Below, one piece after another: positions 63,423-64,000 of a DNA stretch of 64,000 nt. The notes beneath the pieces are model-generated. The model saw nothing but the letters and a program-made list of their open reading frames with translations, was not told the origin of the DNA and did no database searches. Position 1 is the first letter of the stretch; each line of letters opens with the position of its first letter. The DNA lies in NCBI GenBank assembly GCA_964438045.1, contig CAYTIY010000001.1, positions 132 through 64,131 of the forward strand, read 5' to 3'. Source of the stretch: an uncultured Bacteroidales bacterium (lineage in GTDB: Bacteria; Bacteroidota; Bacteroidia; Bacteroidales; UBA1402). The translations under genes and the position numbers were made by a program.

Positions 63423-63938
63423 TTATTTTTTTACCAGTATCGTCTCCTTCACAATTGACATTTCGCGTCCAAACGCAGGAAATTCACGTCTGAGCTTCTG
63501 TAAAATATCGCTCGCATCTTTATACGTTCTGCAGTCCCCTACCCGTAAACGCCAAAAAGGGGCTGAGTACCGCACATACGTGGATAATTCGGGGAATGTC
63601 AACTTGATGTCCGTTTCTTTTTTGAACGCTTCCTCTTTTGAGAGCCGCTGATTGTTTCCAGCAAAGACCTGTACACGCCACCCATTCATTTCAACATACT
63701 CATTGTTTTGAGCAGCAGTAGTCTTTCTGGGTCGTCCAATCCTATTGTTCACCAAATTGTCTTGAATGATACGCACTTTCCCTTTTCCCGGTTCGTTCCG
63801 GGTAATTTTATCCACAATCGACTGATGTATGACAGGCAGTGACTCGTTCTTTATCGTATCGGACGTCAACTCCTCCACTTGCGCATACAACATGCCAGTT
63901 AAAAAGAACAACCCAACAATTGACAGGAAACGTTTCAT
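63423..63938 (-). CDS. SPOR domain-containing protein
   Basis: It has a signal peptide (MKRFLSIVGLFFLTGMLYAQ). The C-terminal GWRVQVFAGNNQRLSKEEAF...FWRLRVGDCRTYKDASDILQKLR is the SPOR pattern. The ATG is at 63936-63938. Confidence 0.75.
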   Translation of the reverse strand: MKRFLSIVGLFFLTGMLYAQVEELTSDTIKNESLPVIHQSIVDKITRNEPGKGKVRIIQDNLVNNRIGRPRKTTAAQNNEYVEMNGWRVQVFAGNNQRLSKEEAFKKETDIKLTFPELSTYVRYSAPFWRLRVGDCRTYKDASDILQKLRREFPAFGREMSIVKETILVKK

Positions 63939-64000
63939 AGTATACTCAGATTGAACTGCAAAAATACATTTTTTTTGTGGCCAACCCACAATTGAAAAAA

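Overview
This is a 64-kb chromosomal segment that I assign to the phylum Bacteroidota. The assignment rests on three proteins ending in T9SS C-terminal sorting domains, a PorT/SprT-like gene, a FeoA-FeoB fusion, a pdxJ-exbB-exbD-tonB block, TAnnTTTG -7 promoter boxes and no Shine-Dalgarno sequences. I call about 53 protein-coding genes. One of them, a 55-aa ferredoxin, is absent from the ORF track. I found no rRNA, tRNA, CRISPR array, transposase, integrase or prophage gene. The ORF track uses GTG/TTG starts, so I re-set several starts to in-frame ATGs that I verified in the sequence. Housekeeping genes (tpx, feoAB, rplS, nadK, pdxJ, exbBD-tonB, eno, pepD, rsmA, corA, folE) flank two accessory regions. 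The main one (about 10.6-36.7 kb) is a co-oriented minus-strand locus. It encodes a 3,717-aa four-module beta-helix T9SS surface protein, then five paralogous ~170-aa secreted subunits resembling DUF4402 / spore-coat-U (SCPU) proteins. These are followed by a PapD-like periplasmic chaperone, a divergent sixth subunit, a 1,154-aa usher-like outer-membrane protein fused to OmpA and SPOR domains, and a small coupled ORF. Next to it lie a dense two-component-system block and a seventh subunit gene. I interpret this as a chaperone-usher-like (archaic/sigma-type) fibre system, a pilus class not described for Bacteroidota. The giant-protein and first-subunit promoters share an identical 16-mer at the same distance from their -7 boxes. 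The second region (51.7-55.7 kb) is a CotH kinase / DUF2490-like barrel / VTC polyphosphate-polymerase domain / DUF4956 operon. All family assignments come from reading motifs by eye; no database search was possible.
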